From positions 1 through 53,165 of IMG/VR virus record IMGVR_UViG_3300030118_000876: a stretch of 53,165 bases of DNA; one strand, written 5' to 3'. The position numbers and the translations under genes were made by a program. Numbering within the stretch: the first letter of the stretch is position 1; the number at the start of each line of letters is the position of its first letter. Positions 7,210 through 16,887 of this stretch are shown here, piece after piece. The notes under the pieces were generated by a model. It did no database searches. It saw only the letters and a list, made by a program, of their open reading frames with translations, and was not told the origin of the DNA. Source of the DNA: a virus (Duplodnaviria > Caudoviricetes).

Positions 7210-9087
7210 ATGGATATAGTCACCATTGATTTCGAAACATATTACGACAGAGAGTATTCATTGTCTAAGATGACAACTGAAGCTTATGTTCGTGACGGCA
7301 GGTTTGAGGTTATTGGTGTAGGTATCAAAGTTAATGACCACCCTACTGATTGGTATAGTGGTAACAATGTGGGCAAGTTTCTTAACTCGTTGGATTATTC
7401 CGACAAGGCGATACTTGCTCATAACTGCGTGTTTGATGGGGCTATTTTGTCATGGCTATATAATATTAAGCCGAGGTTTTGGCTTGACACATTATCTATG
7501 GCAAGACCCTTTCACAACTCAACAGTAGGTGGCTCATTAAAAGCATTAGTACACCACTACAAACTAGGTGCAAAAGGTGATGAAGTAATTAATGCGTTAG
7601 GTAAAAGACGTAAGGACTTCACACCCGAAGAACTAGATAAGTACGCTAGCTACTGTGTTAATGATGTAGACCTCACCTATAAACTATTCCAAAAACTAAA
7701 GGCAGAAAACTTTCCTGCGTCCGAGTTAATGATCATTGACCAAACACTACGGATGTATACAGAGCCTACTATTATATTAGATACCGATGTGTTGACTCAG
7801 CATCTCGAGAAAGTAAAGGCAGACAAACAGAAACTTATTGATGATTTATCACTCAAAGGATTGAGTCAGGAAAAAGTCAAAAAGGCTTTGATGTCTAATC
7901 AGATATTCGCAAAGCTATTGCAGACAGTCGGTGTCGAACCCCCAATGAAAACTAGCTTACGTACAGGCAAGGAAACGTATGCGTTTGCTAAGACAGACAA
8001 AGCATTCACCAACTTGTTGGAGCATCCTAGTCCTAAAGTCCAGAATCTGGTGGCGGCAAGACTCGGCACGAAATCCACGATTGAGGAGACTCGGACAGAA
8101 AACCTAATAAAAGTAGCTGAGCGAGGTCGCTTACCCATCATGCTTAATTATTATGGAGCGCACACAGGCAGGTTTAGTGGTGGCGATAAGCTGAACTTAC
8201 AGAACCTACCTAGGAATGGTGCTATCCGTAGGTCACTATCCGTACCCGAAGACCATGTGTTGATTGCTTGTGATTCGTCACAGATAGAAGCAAGAATGGT
8301 TGCCTACATTGCAGGTCAAGATGATTTGGTTGAATCATTTAGGCAAGGTCGTGATGTATATAGTGAGTTTGCTAGTGAAGTTTATGGCAAGAAAGTGACG
8401 AAGGATGACAAGGTTGAACGATTTGTAGGTAAGACTTGTATTCTTGGTTTAGGTTATGGCATGGGTGCAAAGAAGTTTAGGGCAACACTTGCTCTAGGAC
8501 AAGGTGGTATATCTGTTGATGTCGATGAGTATGAGGCTCAGAGGATTGTCAATTTATATAGGCAGAAGAACCACAAGATCGCATCGCTTTGGAATAGATG
8601 TGGTCATGCTCTATCAGAGATAGTGGCAGGTAGGTCGGGTCAAATATCAGACTTAGTACACTATGATAGTAAGGGGATTATCTTACCCAATAAACTACGC
8701 ATTATATATCCTGCATTGCGTAATGGCTCAGATGGATATGAGTATATCAATGACGCTAGAACTTTCCGTAAGTTAGCACACAAGCGAGTGATGACTGGCG
8801 AACAAGTTACGATTGATTGGACTCGTATCTATGGGGGCAAGGTAACAGAGAACGTTGTTCAAGCGTTGGCTCGTATAGTTGTATCAGAACAGATGGCATC
8901 TATTGGTCAGTCTTATCATGTAGTCTTTCAAGTACATGACGAGGTGATCATATGTGCCCCGGCAGCAGATGAGACACACGCACGACAACTTGTTGAGAGA
9001 AGAATGTCTACACCCCCCAGCTGGGCAAAGAATCTGCCAGTCGCTTGTGAGTCGGGCGTAGGCTATAATTATGGAGATGCAAAATGA
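7210..9087 (+). CDS. polA: Family A DNA polymerase with 3'-5' exonuclease
   Basis: Exo motifs IDFET, HNCVFD, YCVND; HTGRFS; motif A DSSQIEAR; motif B RFVGKTCILGLGYG; motif C QVHDE; start revised to 7210. Confidence 0.95.
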   Translation: MDIVTIDFETYYDREYSLSKMTTEAYVRDGRFEVIGVGIKVNDHPTDWYSGNNVGKFLNSLDYSDKAILAHNCVFDGAILSWLYNIKPRFWLDTLSMARPFHNSTVGGSLKALVHHYKLGAKGDEVINALGKRRKDFTPEELDKYASYCVNDVDLTYKLFQKLKAENFPASELMIIDQTLRMYTEPTIILDTDVLTQHLEKVKADKQKLIDDLSLKGLSQEKVKKALMSNQIFAKLLQTVGVEPPMKTSLRTGKETYAFAKTDKAFTNLLEHPSPKVQNLVAARLGTKSTIEETRTENLIKVAERGRLPIMLNYYGAHTGRFSGGDKLNLQNLPRNGAIRRSLSVPEDHVLIACDSSQIEARMVAYIAGQDDLVESFRQGRDVYSEFASEVYGKKVTKDDKVERFVGKTCILGLGYGMGAKKFRATLALGQGGISVDVDEYEAQRIVNLYRQKNHKIASLWNRCGHALSEIVAGRSGQISDLVHYDSKGIILPNKLRIIYPALRNGSDGYEYINDARTFRKLAHKRVMTGEQVTIDWTRIYGGKVTENVVQALARIVVSEQMASIGQSYHVVFQVHDEVIICAPAADETHARQLVERRMSTPPSWAKNLPVACESGVGYNYGDAK

Positions 9088-9293
9088 GTAAAAAAGAAAG
9101 TGCCTTGAAAGTTATCAAGGAACTAACAGAAGAAATTACAGAAGCTAACGATGAAGATGTAGGGGATGTAGTTGTTCTGTTAAAAATAAAAGGTCAATAC
9201 GTTAGGTACTCGACTAAGATTGATGACACACTAAAACTTGTAGGGTTTGTAGAAACTCTAAAACATGATGTGTTGAAAAGGATGTCAAGTTAA
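9084..9293 (+). CDS. Hypothetical protein
   Basis: ATGA-coupled ORF with SD GGAG. Confidence 0.75.
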   Translation: MSKKESALKVIKELTEEITEANDEDVGDVVVLLKIKGQYVRYSTKIDDTLKLVGFVETLKHDVLKRMSS

Positions 9294-9354
9294 TGTATTG
9301 TTTATATATGCGTGGGTGTACACCGCCTACGCATCATACTGCTATGGAGGTTCG

Positions 9355-10014
9355 ATGACATTGTCACATTCATTCTCATCTATTAAGATGTATGAGAACT
9401 GCCCAAAGCGATACTACCACCAACGTATAACTAAAGAAGTTAAAGATACAGGTAGTGATGCTACAAGATATGGTGAGCGAGTGCATGAAGACCTTGAACA
9501 TAGACTAGTCAAAGCTAAACCACTATCCAAAGAAACAGAATCATACGAAGCCTTATGTAAATCAATAGAAAATATGGTTGGAGAGGGAGAGTTGTATGCA
9601 GAGAAACAGCTGTGCCTAAATGAAAACCTTACACCAACAGGTTGGTGGGCGGCTGACGCTTGGTTACGATCCATTTTAGACGTATTGATTATCATTGGTG
9701 ATAAGGCAATCGTTATGGATTGGAAGACAGGTAAGCGAAGACCCGACTTTACACAGTTACAGATGTTCGCTCTACAAGTATTCAAACATTTCCCACAAGT
9801 TACAAAAGTACAATCAACATTCGTATGGCTCAAAGATATGTCTCTAGATTCTGAGACATTCAAACAAAATCAAACTAATTTATTATGGGCTGATTTACTT
9901 GCAAGAATTGGAAGAATACAAGAATCACAAGAGCATAACAACTGGCCCGCTAGACCTAGTGGGTTATGCAACTGGTGTCCTGCAAAAAATATTTGTGAAT
10001 TTGCAAGAATATAA
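9355..10014 (+). CDS. PD-(D/E)xK exonuclease, Cas4/RecB-like with Fe-S cysteines
   Basis: SFSS..YENCP, G..VH, LDVL, MDWKTG, QLQMF, CNWC...C; SD GGAGG before ATG 9355. Confidence 0.85.
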   Translation: MTLSHSFSSIKMYENCPKRYYHQRITKEVKDTGSDATRYGERVHEDLEHRLVKAKPLSKETESYEALCKSIENMVGEGELYAEKQLCLNENLTPTGWWAADAWLRSILDVLIIIGDKAIVMDWKTGKRRPDFTQLQMFALQVFKHFPQVTKVQSTFVWLKDMSLDSETFKQNQTNLLWADLLARIGRIQESQEHNNWPARPSGLCNWCPAKNICEFARI

Positions 10015-10043
10015 CTTGACAATACTGTAAAGATAATTATATT

Positions 10044-10343
10044 ATGTCTAGTACACCGGAAGGTAAAATAAAACGTAAACTTGACAAGATGTTAAAGTCT
10101 GAAAACATATGGTATTACAGCCCACAAGCAGGGCCATTTGGTAGAGCAGGGATTCCCGACAGAGTTGCCATCGTTGATGGTAGGTTTGTAGGAATAGAGT
10201 GTAAGGCAGATAGGACAAAGAAACCCACTGCCTTACAGCTAAGCTGTATGAAACAGATCGAAGACGCAGGTGGTAAATGTTTTGTTGTATTTGATGATGA
10301 GACAATAGAAGAAGTGAGGACATATATAAATGCTAGTCGTTGA
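10044..10343 (+). CDS. VRR-NUC domain nuclease
   Basis: PEGK, GIPD, GIECKA, PTALQ motifs. Confidence 0.9.
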   Translation: MSSTPEGKIKRKLDKMLKSENIWYYSPQAGPFGRAGIPDRVAIVDGRFVGIECKADRTKKPTALQLSCMKQIEDAGGKCFVVFDDETIEEVRTYINASR

Positions 10344-11880
10344 ACAAGCAAAGGCATTAGCCTTAAACTTGACACACCCAAACAAGGTGTTGGAAACGAT
10401 TCCTACCGCCCGCATGCTGAAGTATGACGGAGCAGAACTTGTTGTCACACCTCACCGTAATGATGAAGTCAAGGTACTACGCAACCTAGGTATCAAAGCA
10501 CCTGCACCTATACTGCACTATTATGAATGGGCAGGTAGGTTTGAACCATATGAACACCAAAAGATGACATCTGCTTTTCTTACTATGAATAAAAAGGCAC
10601 TGGTACTTAACGAGATTGGTACTGGTAAAACACAATCTGCTTTATGGGCGGCTGACTACCTAATGAATATAGGCGAGGTAAAGCGAGTCCTTATTATATC
10701 CCCACTGTCTACCCTTGAACGAGTATGGGGTGACAGTATCTTTATGAATTTTCCCCACAGACAATCAGTTACTTTACATGGTACAAGCGCACGAAGAAAG
10801 AAGCTACTTCAAACCGAGTGTGACTTTTACATAATCAATCACGATGGTTTCAATATTATATCCGAAGAAGCACAAGAAAGGTTTGACTTAGTTATTGTTG
10901 ATGAAGCCGCTGTGTTTCGTAACCCATCTACAAACAGATACAAAGTGATCAGGAAGTTCTTAGCCAAGAATACAGAAACACGTTTATGGTTGATGACAGG
11001 TACACCTACCCCTAACGCACCAACGGACGCATGGGCATTAGCAAAGCTAGTAGAAAGTATACATCTTAAACAAACATATACTGCTTTCCGTGAGTCCGTG
11101 ATGATGAAGGTTGGGCAATGGAAGTGGATACCAAGACCCGAATCAATAGAAGTTGTAAAGCATATGCTTCACCCTGCTGTAAGATATACAAGGGATGAAT
11201 GCTTTGACCTACCCGATACAGTTTTCCAAACAAGAAAGGTGGAACTAACCACCGAACAAAAACAACATTACCAAAAGATGCTACGCCACTTTGTTACAGA
11301 AATGGCTGAGGAAGGCACAATCACTGCTGTGAACGAAGCTGTAAAGATGCAGAAACTTGTTCAGATAGCGTGTGGTGTAGTCTATGGCGATGATGGTCGT
11401 CATATAGAACTCGACTGTAAATCAAGAGTTAATCTTGTAAAGGAGGTGATAGAGGAAGTAGGTAATAAGGTAATAGTTTTCGTACCACTGACAGGTACGC
11501 TACGGATGTTAGAGAAAGAACTTTCTCAACATTGGAGTGTTGGCGTTGTTAACGGAGAAGTATCAGCTACAAAACGTAACGAGATATTTCACAACTTTCA
11601 GCACACTAAAGAACCTCATGTTCTAATCGCTCACCCTGCGACTATGGCTCATGGGCTAACTTTGACAGCCGCATCTACGGTTGTCTGGTATGGGCCAGTA
11701 ACAAGCAACGAACAATATGTTCAGGCGAATGGTAGAATAGAGAGGATAGGTAAAAAACATGTGTCGAACATAGTCCATATAGAGGCTACTGACCTTGAAT
11801 ATAGAATGTATGAACGACTCAAAAACAAACAAAAACTACAAGGTCTTCTGTTAGATCTTATACAAAACGAATCGAGGTGA
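10330..11880 (+). CDS. SNF2-like superfamily 2 helicase
   Basis: EIGTGKT, VDEA, MTGTP, HGLTL, QANGRIERIG. Confidence 0.9.
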   Translation: MLVVEQAKALALNLTHPNKVLETIPTARMLKYDGAELVVTPHRNDEVKVLRNLGIKAPAPILHYYEWAGRFEPYEHQKMTSAFLTMNKKALVLNEIGTGKTQSALWAADYLMNIGEVKRVLIISPLSTLERVWGDSIFMNFPHRQSVTLHGTSARRKKLLQTECDFYIINHDGFNIISEEAQERFDLVIVDEAAVFRNPSTNRYKVIRKFLAKNTETRLWLMTGTPTPNAPTDAWALAKLVESIHLKQTYTAFRESVMMKVGQWKWIPRPESIEVVKHMLHPAVRYTRDECFDLPDTVFQTRKVELTTEQKQHYQKMLRHFVTEMAEEGTITAVNEAVKMQKLVQIACGVVYGDDGRHIELDCKSRVNLVKEVIEEVGNKVIVFVPLTGTLRMLEKELSQHWSVGVVNGEVSATKRNEIFHNFQHTKEPHVLIAHPATMAHGLTLTAASTVVWYGPVTSNEQYVQANGRIERIGKKHVSNIVHIEATDLEYRMYERLKNKQKLQGLLLDLIQNESR

Positions 11881-11884
11881 TGAT

Positions 11885-12289
11885 ATGACAGTAAGTGTTG
11901 ACAAAGTTATATCCAAGTATCTTGAACTTAGGAATACCAAAGAGTCTATTGAGTCCGAAGCCAAAGAAAAGGTGAAGGGTATCAAGGAAGCTATGGCTAA
12001 GTTAGAGGGTTGGATAAAAGAGAAAGCTGATACTGACGGTGTTAAGTCTTTTAAGACAGCCAATGGTACAGCCTTTCTAACAACTACTGACTTTGCACAA
12101 GTAGCAGATTGGGATGCAGTCCTTAAATTTATCAAGGATAAAGACGCATTCGATATGCTAGAGAAGCGAGTTAGTAAAAAAGCTGTTCGTGACTATATTG
12201 ACGAACACAAAACAGTACCATCAGGCGTGAACTACGGTACACGTATTGATGTGAATGTCCGTAAACCAGTGAATAAAGCAGACGAGTAA
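11885..12289 (+). CDS. Conserved phage replication-region protein (coiled coil plus beta domain)
   Basis: SFKTANGT, VADWD, LEKRVS, PSGV pattern typical of this module. Confidence 0.65.
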   Translation: MTVSVDKVISKYLELRNTKESIESEAKEKVKGIKEAMAKLEGWIKEKADTDGVKSFKTANGTAFLTTTDFAQVADWDAVLKFIKDKDAFDMLEKRVSKKAVRDYIDEHKTVPSGVNYGTRIDVNVRKPVNKADE

Positions 12290-12981
12290 TGATAGGTTCT
12301 AAGCTATCTATTAAAGACTCTCGTTTTCATATTGTCACTGAGGCGGGCGATGCTCAACTAACCACAACAAATCTCAACGTGGTTGTAGTTGGTGCAAATC
12401 CGAAGCTATCAAAGGTGTGGTATGAGTCCGATTGGTCACCCGATAGGGAATCATCTACACCCGATTGCTTCTCTCTTGATGGTATTAAACCACATGAGAA
12501 CAGTGGTCTACCACAGAATAATATGTGCGTTACCTGTCCGCAGAACGCATGGGGTTCTAGGGTAACACCACAAGGGCGTAAGGTGAAAGCATGTGCTGAT
12601 CAGAAACGTTTGGCACTAGTAATAGCAGATAAGACTGACGGTGAAATCTTTCTGCTTCAAGTAACACCTGCATCTCTAAGCAGTCTCAACGCATATCAAA
12701 AGACTTTGATGACTAGGGGTATAGCACCTGACATAGCTATTACCACTATATCTTTTGATGAGACTGTATCATTCCCAAAACTGAAGTTTTCCTTTGGTGG
12801 CTTCAATGACAGTAGGGCACAAGCCAATGTCGATAAGTTATTGGGGTCTGACGAGGTGAGGGTAATCACCGGAGAACTTGCTGTAGCAAGCATTAAAACA
12901 CCTGTTGCTTCTGATTATGGTTTTACAGAAGAAGCAGGATTCACAACTAACGATGAACTAGGAGGTTCAAACAATGAATAA
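12289..12981 (+). CDS. Cys-containing putative ssDNA-binding/annealing protein
   Basis: PDCFSLDGIKP, CVTCPQNAWGS, KAC; located next to the SSB gene. Confidence 0.55.
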   Translation: MIGSKLSIKDSRFHIVTEAGDAQLTTTNLNVVVVGANPKLSKVWYESDWSPDRESSTPDCFSLDGIKPHENSGLPQNNMCVTCPQNAWGSRVTPQGRKVKACADQKRLALVIADKTDGEIFLLQVTPASLSSLNAYQKTLMTRGIAPDIAITTISFDETVSFPKLKFSFGGFNDSRAQANVDKLLGSDEVRVITGELAVASIKTPVASDYGFTEEAGFTTNDELGGSNNE

Positions 12982-13699
12982 AACTTTTACAACTGAGAAA
13001 GGCGTTGCCTACTATCCTTATATTAGTGCGCCTGATACTAAATTTGATGAGCAAGGACACTACAAAGTTAATCTTTGCTTACCAAAAGAAGATGCTAAAC
13101 CTGTTATCGAACTGATTAACAGTGAGATACTTAATGGTATCAAAGCATTGAAGGAGCAGAAGCCTAATAAAAATATTAAGCAAGCACCTGTTCCATACCA
13201 CGATGAACTAGACGATGAAACCGGTGAGCCAACTGGTAACGTGGTTATTAAGTTTAAGTCTAAGGCCGCATATAAACCTGCTGTGTTTGACAGTAAAGGT
13301 AATATGATGACCAACTCAAACATCTATGGTGGATCTGTATTGAAGGTAAACGGTTCGTGTGCATTCTATGATTCACCTGCTGTTGGTGTAGGTGTATCTC
13401 TTAGACTGAGAGCAGTGCAAGTAATCCAATATGTTGAAGGCGCACAAGGCGCAGGTAAGTTTGGATTTGGTGAAGAAGCAGGGTTTACTGTGTCAGAAGA
13501 AGTTGAGACAAGTGAGCCTGTTACTACGGCCCCCGTCGTTGAGGAGGTAGTCAAAGAGGAGCCAATAGTAGAAGCACCTGCACCTGCCCCGAAACCAAAA
13601 GTAGTCGAAGAACCCAAGCCTGCACCTGCTGTATCAAGCCAAGCAGATGACCTTGCGGCTGAGATTGCTAAATTGGTAGGGGATGTAAAGGATGACTAA
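12974..13699 (+). CDS. ssDNA-binding protein, T7 gp2.5-like, with long Pro/Ala tail
   Basis: PDTKF..G.YKV, FKSKA, IYGGS, GVSLRLRAVQVI. Confidence 0.85.
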   Translation: MNKTFTTEKGVAYYPYISAPDTKFDEQGHYKVNLCLPKEDAKPVIELINSEILNGIKALKEQKPNKNIKQAPVPYHDELDDETGEPTGNVVIKFKSKAAYKPAVFDSKGNMMTNSNIYGGSVLKVNGSCAFYDSPAVGVGVSLRLRAVQVIQYVEGAQGAGKFGFGEEAGFTVSEEVETSEPVTTAPVVEEVVKEEPIVEAPAPAPKPKVVEEPKPAPAVSSQADDLAAEIAKLVGDVKDD

Positions 13700-13976
13700 T
13701 ACACCCCCTCTTGACTTCAAGAAGGTGGAAGCCCTGAGGAAACATATGCTGTTAACCACTGGCAATATGGCAGAATTACTCGGTGTGTCTCGTATGACTT
13801 ATTACGGATGGGTAAAAGGTAAGCCTGTCCGTAAGAAGAACGAAGATAAAGTCAGGGATATTCTACGCAAATTGCTATCAATTCTAAACGATGGATGGCC
13901 TCAACCTGAGGTTATTGCATTGGAACAGAAGATGCGATTTGAAAGGCTTCTTGAGATTTATAACAAAAACGAGTAA
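13692..13976 (+). CDS. XRE-family HTH regulator
   Basis: LRKHMLLTTGNMAELLGVSRMTYYGWVKG. Confidence 0.85.
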   Translation: MTNTPPLDFKKVEALRKHMLLTTGNMAELLGVSRMTYYGWVKGKPVRKKNEDKVRDILRKLLSILNDGWPQPEVIALEQKMRFERLLEIYNKNE

Positions 13977-14015
13977 ACTGGAGAAGGGGATAGGGAGACT
14001 TATCCCCACCAGTTT
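13975..14015 (+). promoter_or_regulatory. Extended hairpin upstream of primase; possible weak terminator or attenuator
   Basis: AAACTGG...GGGGATAGG-GAGA-CTTATCCCC...CCAGTTT. Confidence 0.55.
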
Positions 14016-14031
14016 AAGAAGGTAGGGCAAG

Positions 14032-16887
14032 ATGAATACGTTGGAGTTTCTTCAGCGAGTCCTGCCGAGTGAAGGATACTATGTAACTACAGTGATTAAC
14101 ACTGATGGTAGAAGACAAGGCTTCTTCAAGACGGTAGATGAACTCGCAACTGTATGTGAGAGATTAGATAAGACAGATAATAATACTTACTTTGCTATCT
14201 CTGCGTACAAACAAAAAGGCAATAGACGACAAGATAACGTCAGAGCCACAAAAGTAGTAGCCATAGATGTAGACTGTGGTGAAGGTAAACCCTTTCCATC
14301 ATGGAAAGAAGGATTAGTAGAGTTAGGTAAATTCGTAAGCGACATGGGTTTACCAAAACCTATGGTAATTCATTCGGGTAATGGATTACATGTATACTGG
14401 GTTCTCAAAGAAGAACTAGCACCCGAAGATTGGAAACCTTTAGCTGAAGCTATGAAGCAAGCGGCTATCGCAAAAGAGTTTCATATTGATGCAGGGCTAA
14501 CAGCTAACAGTGCATTAGTATTAAGACCAGTCGGCACACGCAATCCAAAGAATGGTAACACAGTAAAGTTGTTGGTGGATGCTGAGCCTGTAAAAAGTTC
14601 AGCTCTCACGCAAAGTTTATCTTATTACTTCCGAGCAGCGCCTGCAGCTGCTGAAGGTCACACTCGTGAAAACTCGTTGTTACAAAACTTAGCAGTCAAA
14701 CAAGACTTCCCACCTGCTGTAGGTTCAGTAGTAGCAAGTAAGTGTAAACAGATTGAATGGGCTATCAACCACCAAGACGAAGTTGATGAGCCACTATGGT
14801 ATGACCTTATAGGTGTAGCCGCTTTCTGTACTGACCCTGACAAGACAGCATTAGAGTGGAGCAAAGGTCATCCTAAGTTTGATGAACATGCTACCTTACA
14901 GAAACTTACTCACTGGAAAGAGTCTGCGAGTGGCCCGGCAACATGTGCGAAGTTTGAAATAGACAGACCGAACGGATGCCGAGGTTGTAAATATAAAGGT
15001 AAGATCGGATCACCTGCAAGACTTGGTGTACAATACCAAGAGATAGACGTACCCACTGAAGCACCTGATAAGGTTGCAAACACAGTACCAATACCTAAAC
15101 CATTTAAGAGAACTAAAGATGGCATAAAGGTGACGATAGATGATACTGACGTTGATGTGTGTAAGTTTGATATTTATCCTGTGGGTTATGGAATGGATGA
15201 ATCGCTAGGGTATGAAACAGTTAGATACCATTGGAATAGACCCCATATGGGTTGGCAAGAACTGGTTCTAAGGCAAGCATACCTTACTGATGGCAATCGT
15301 GAATTTGCAACAGCTATAGCAGATCAAGGGATTGTATTATATAACAAAAGACAAACGGAGTATTTTCAACTTATGTTAAGAACATACATGGATGAGTTGA
15401 GGCAAATCCGTAAGATGACTAACCTCTACTCGACTATGGGTTGGAAAGAAAAGAATACGGCATTTGTCTTAGGTAACACTCTTATCAGAAAAGATGATAA
15501 AGGTGTAGCAACAGAAGAACAGATTAACCTTGCATCTGTAGTAAACAGACAAGGTTCAGAACTATATAATCCTAAGGGTGATATAGAACAGTGGACAGCA
15601 CTAACTAATGTGCTTGAGAAAGGTGGGCTGTATGCTCACATGTTCGTACTTGGTGTAGGATTTTCAGCACCACTGTATAATTTTACAGGTCTCAAAGGAC
15701 TTACTGTATCTCTATATGGGCCAACAGGTGGTGGTAAAACACTAGCACAGTACTGGGCGCAATCTATATATGGTAATCCTGACAAGCTACATTTTGCGGC
15801 TAAGTATACGCAGAACAGTTTGTTTACTAGATTAGGTACATACGCAAACCTACCACTTACAATAGACGAAGTAACTATGATGAACGATAAGGAAGTCGGT
15901 GACTTCTGTTATTGGGTATCACAGGGCAGAGATAAAGCTAGGCTGAATCGTAATGCTGAAGAACGTGATGCAAAGACATGGTCAACACCTGTCATAGTAT
16001 CTACCAACAAGTCTCTACAAAGTAAGCTGATAGCGTCCGGCCTAGATACAGACGCACAGATGGCTAGGTTACTAGAACTGACAGTGCCACCTGCCGCTAT
16101 GTTTACTAGAAACTCTGAGATTGGTAGAAAGATCTACGAAGCAATACATACCAACTATGGATATGTTGGCAGGTCTTATATCAAACGACTGCTCGAAATG
16201 GGCGAAGAAGGGATACAAGCTAGTATTGCTGAGGCGTCGAACTCATTCCGTAAAAGATACAAAGCTAAGTTCTCAGGTGAAGAAAGATACTGGGAGCAAT
16301 CTATAATCTTAGCAGATCTAGCTATGCAGTTTGCTAACGACTGGGGTATGATTAAGTTTGACCACTGCAAAGCTACCGAGTGGGTATTATCTCAGATTGG
16401 TGCTATCCGTAGAACAGTACAAGAGAACCAAGTAGATTCATTTGATCTACTTGCAGAGTATATGGCTGACTGCGCTGACGCACAGGTAACTGTAATGCAC
16501 ACAGTAGGGCAGAAACCACAGCCTGATTTTGGTCGTATGCCTAGAAGCGATATAAGAGTTCGTCTTGATGTATTCCGTAAATCTGCGGCTGATCCGTTTG
16601 ACAAGGGTACAATGATGGTTGACCGTACTCACTTCCGTAAATGGTTGTCTGTACGCGGAGCTGACTACAAGACATTCAAACAAGAACTTACTGAGGAGAG
16701 TGCACTGGCTACACCTAAGTCAGAAAAAGCATCTCTTGGTAAGGATACACCAACCAAACTGGCACAAACGTATGTGATTGGGTTTAACCTAACTCACCCT
16801 AGATTCCAAAGCCTGCTAGAAAATGCAGATGTAGCGGCTGATGATCTTGCGTATGGACAGTTACAAGTCGTAAAGAATGATACTTGA
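14032..16887 (+). CDS. Primase/helicase: AEP-like primase, Cys cluster, DUF927 and P-loop domain
   Basis: AIDVD, SGNGLHVYW, VLRPVGT, C..F...C.GC, GWKE, GPTGGGKT, IDE. Confidence 0.85.
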   Translation: MNTLEFLQRVLPSEGYYVTTVINTDGRRQGFFKTVDELATVCERLDKTDNNTYFAISAYKQKGNRRQDNVRATKVVAIDVDCGEGKPFPSWKEGLVELGKFVSDMGLPKPMVIHSGNGLHVYWVLKEELAPEDWKPLAEAMKQAAIAKEFHIDAGLTANSALVLRPVGTRNPKNGNTVKLLVDAEPVKSSALTQSLSYYFRAAPAAAEGHTRENSLLQNLAVKQDFPPAVGSVVASKCKQIEWAINHQDEVDEPLWYDLIGVAAFCTDPDKTALEWSKGHPKFDEHATLQKLTHWKESASGPATCAKFEIDRPNGCRGCKYKGKIGSPARLGVQYQEIDVPTEAPDKVANTVPIPKPFKRTKDGIKVTIDDTDVDVCKFDIYPVGYGMDESLGYETVRYHWNRPHMGWQELVLRQAYLTDGNREFATAIADQGIVLYNKRQTEYFQLMLRTYMDELRQIRKMTNLYSTMGWKEKNTAFVLGNTLIRKDDKGVATEEQINLASVVNRQGSELYNPKGDIEQWTALTNVLEKGGLYAHMFVLGVGFSAPLYNFTGLKGLTVSLYGPTGGGKTLAQYWAQSIYGNPDKLHFAAKYTQNSLFTRLGTYANLPLTIDEVTMMNDKEVGDFCYWVSQGRDKARLNRNAEERDAKTWSTPVIVSTNKSLQSKLIASGLDTDAQMARLLELTVPPAAMFTRNSEIGRKIYEAIHTNYGYVGRSYIKRLLEMGEEGIQASIAEASNSFRKRYKAKFSGEERYWEQSIILADLAMQFANDWGMIKFDHCKATEWVLSQIGAIRRTVQENQVDSFDLLAEYMADCADAQVTVMHTVGQKPQPDFGRMPRSDIRVRLDVFRKSAADPFDKGTMMVDRTHFRKWLSVRGADYKTFKQELTEESALATPKSEKASLGKDTPTKLAQTYVIGFNLTHPRFQSLLENADVAADDLAYGQLQVVKNDT

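Noticed and set aside
9355-10014. Cas4-like nuclease as evidence of a CRISPR-Cas system
   Set aside because: No other cas genes or array; stand-alone Cas4-like exonucleases are normal in phage replication modules.
10016-10043. TTGACA-16-TATATT as the promoter for the VRR-NUC gene
   Set aside because: The -10 box abuts the ATG, so the transcript would start inside the gene; kept only as part of the recurring motif finding.
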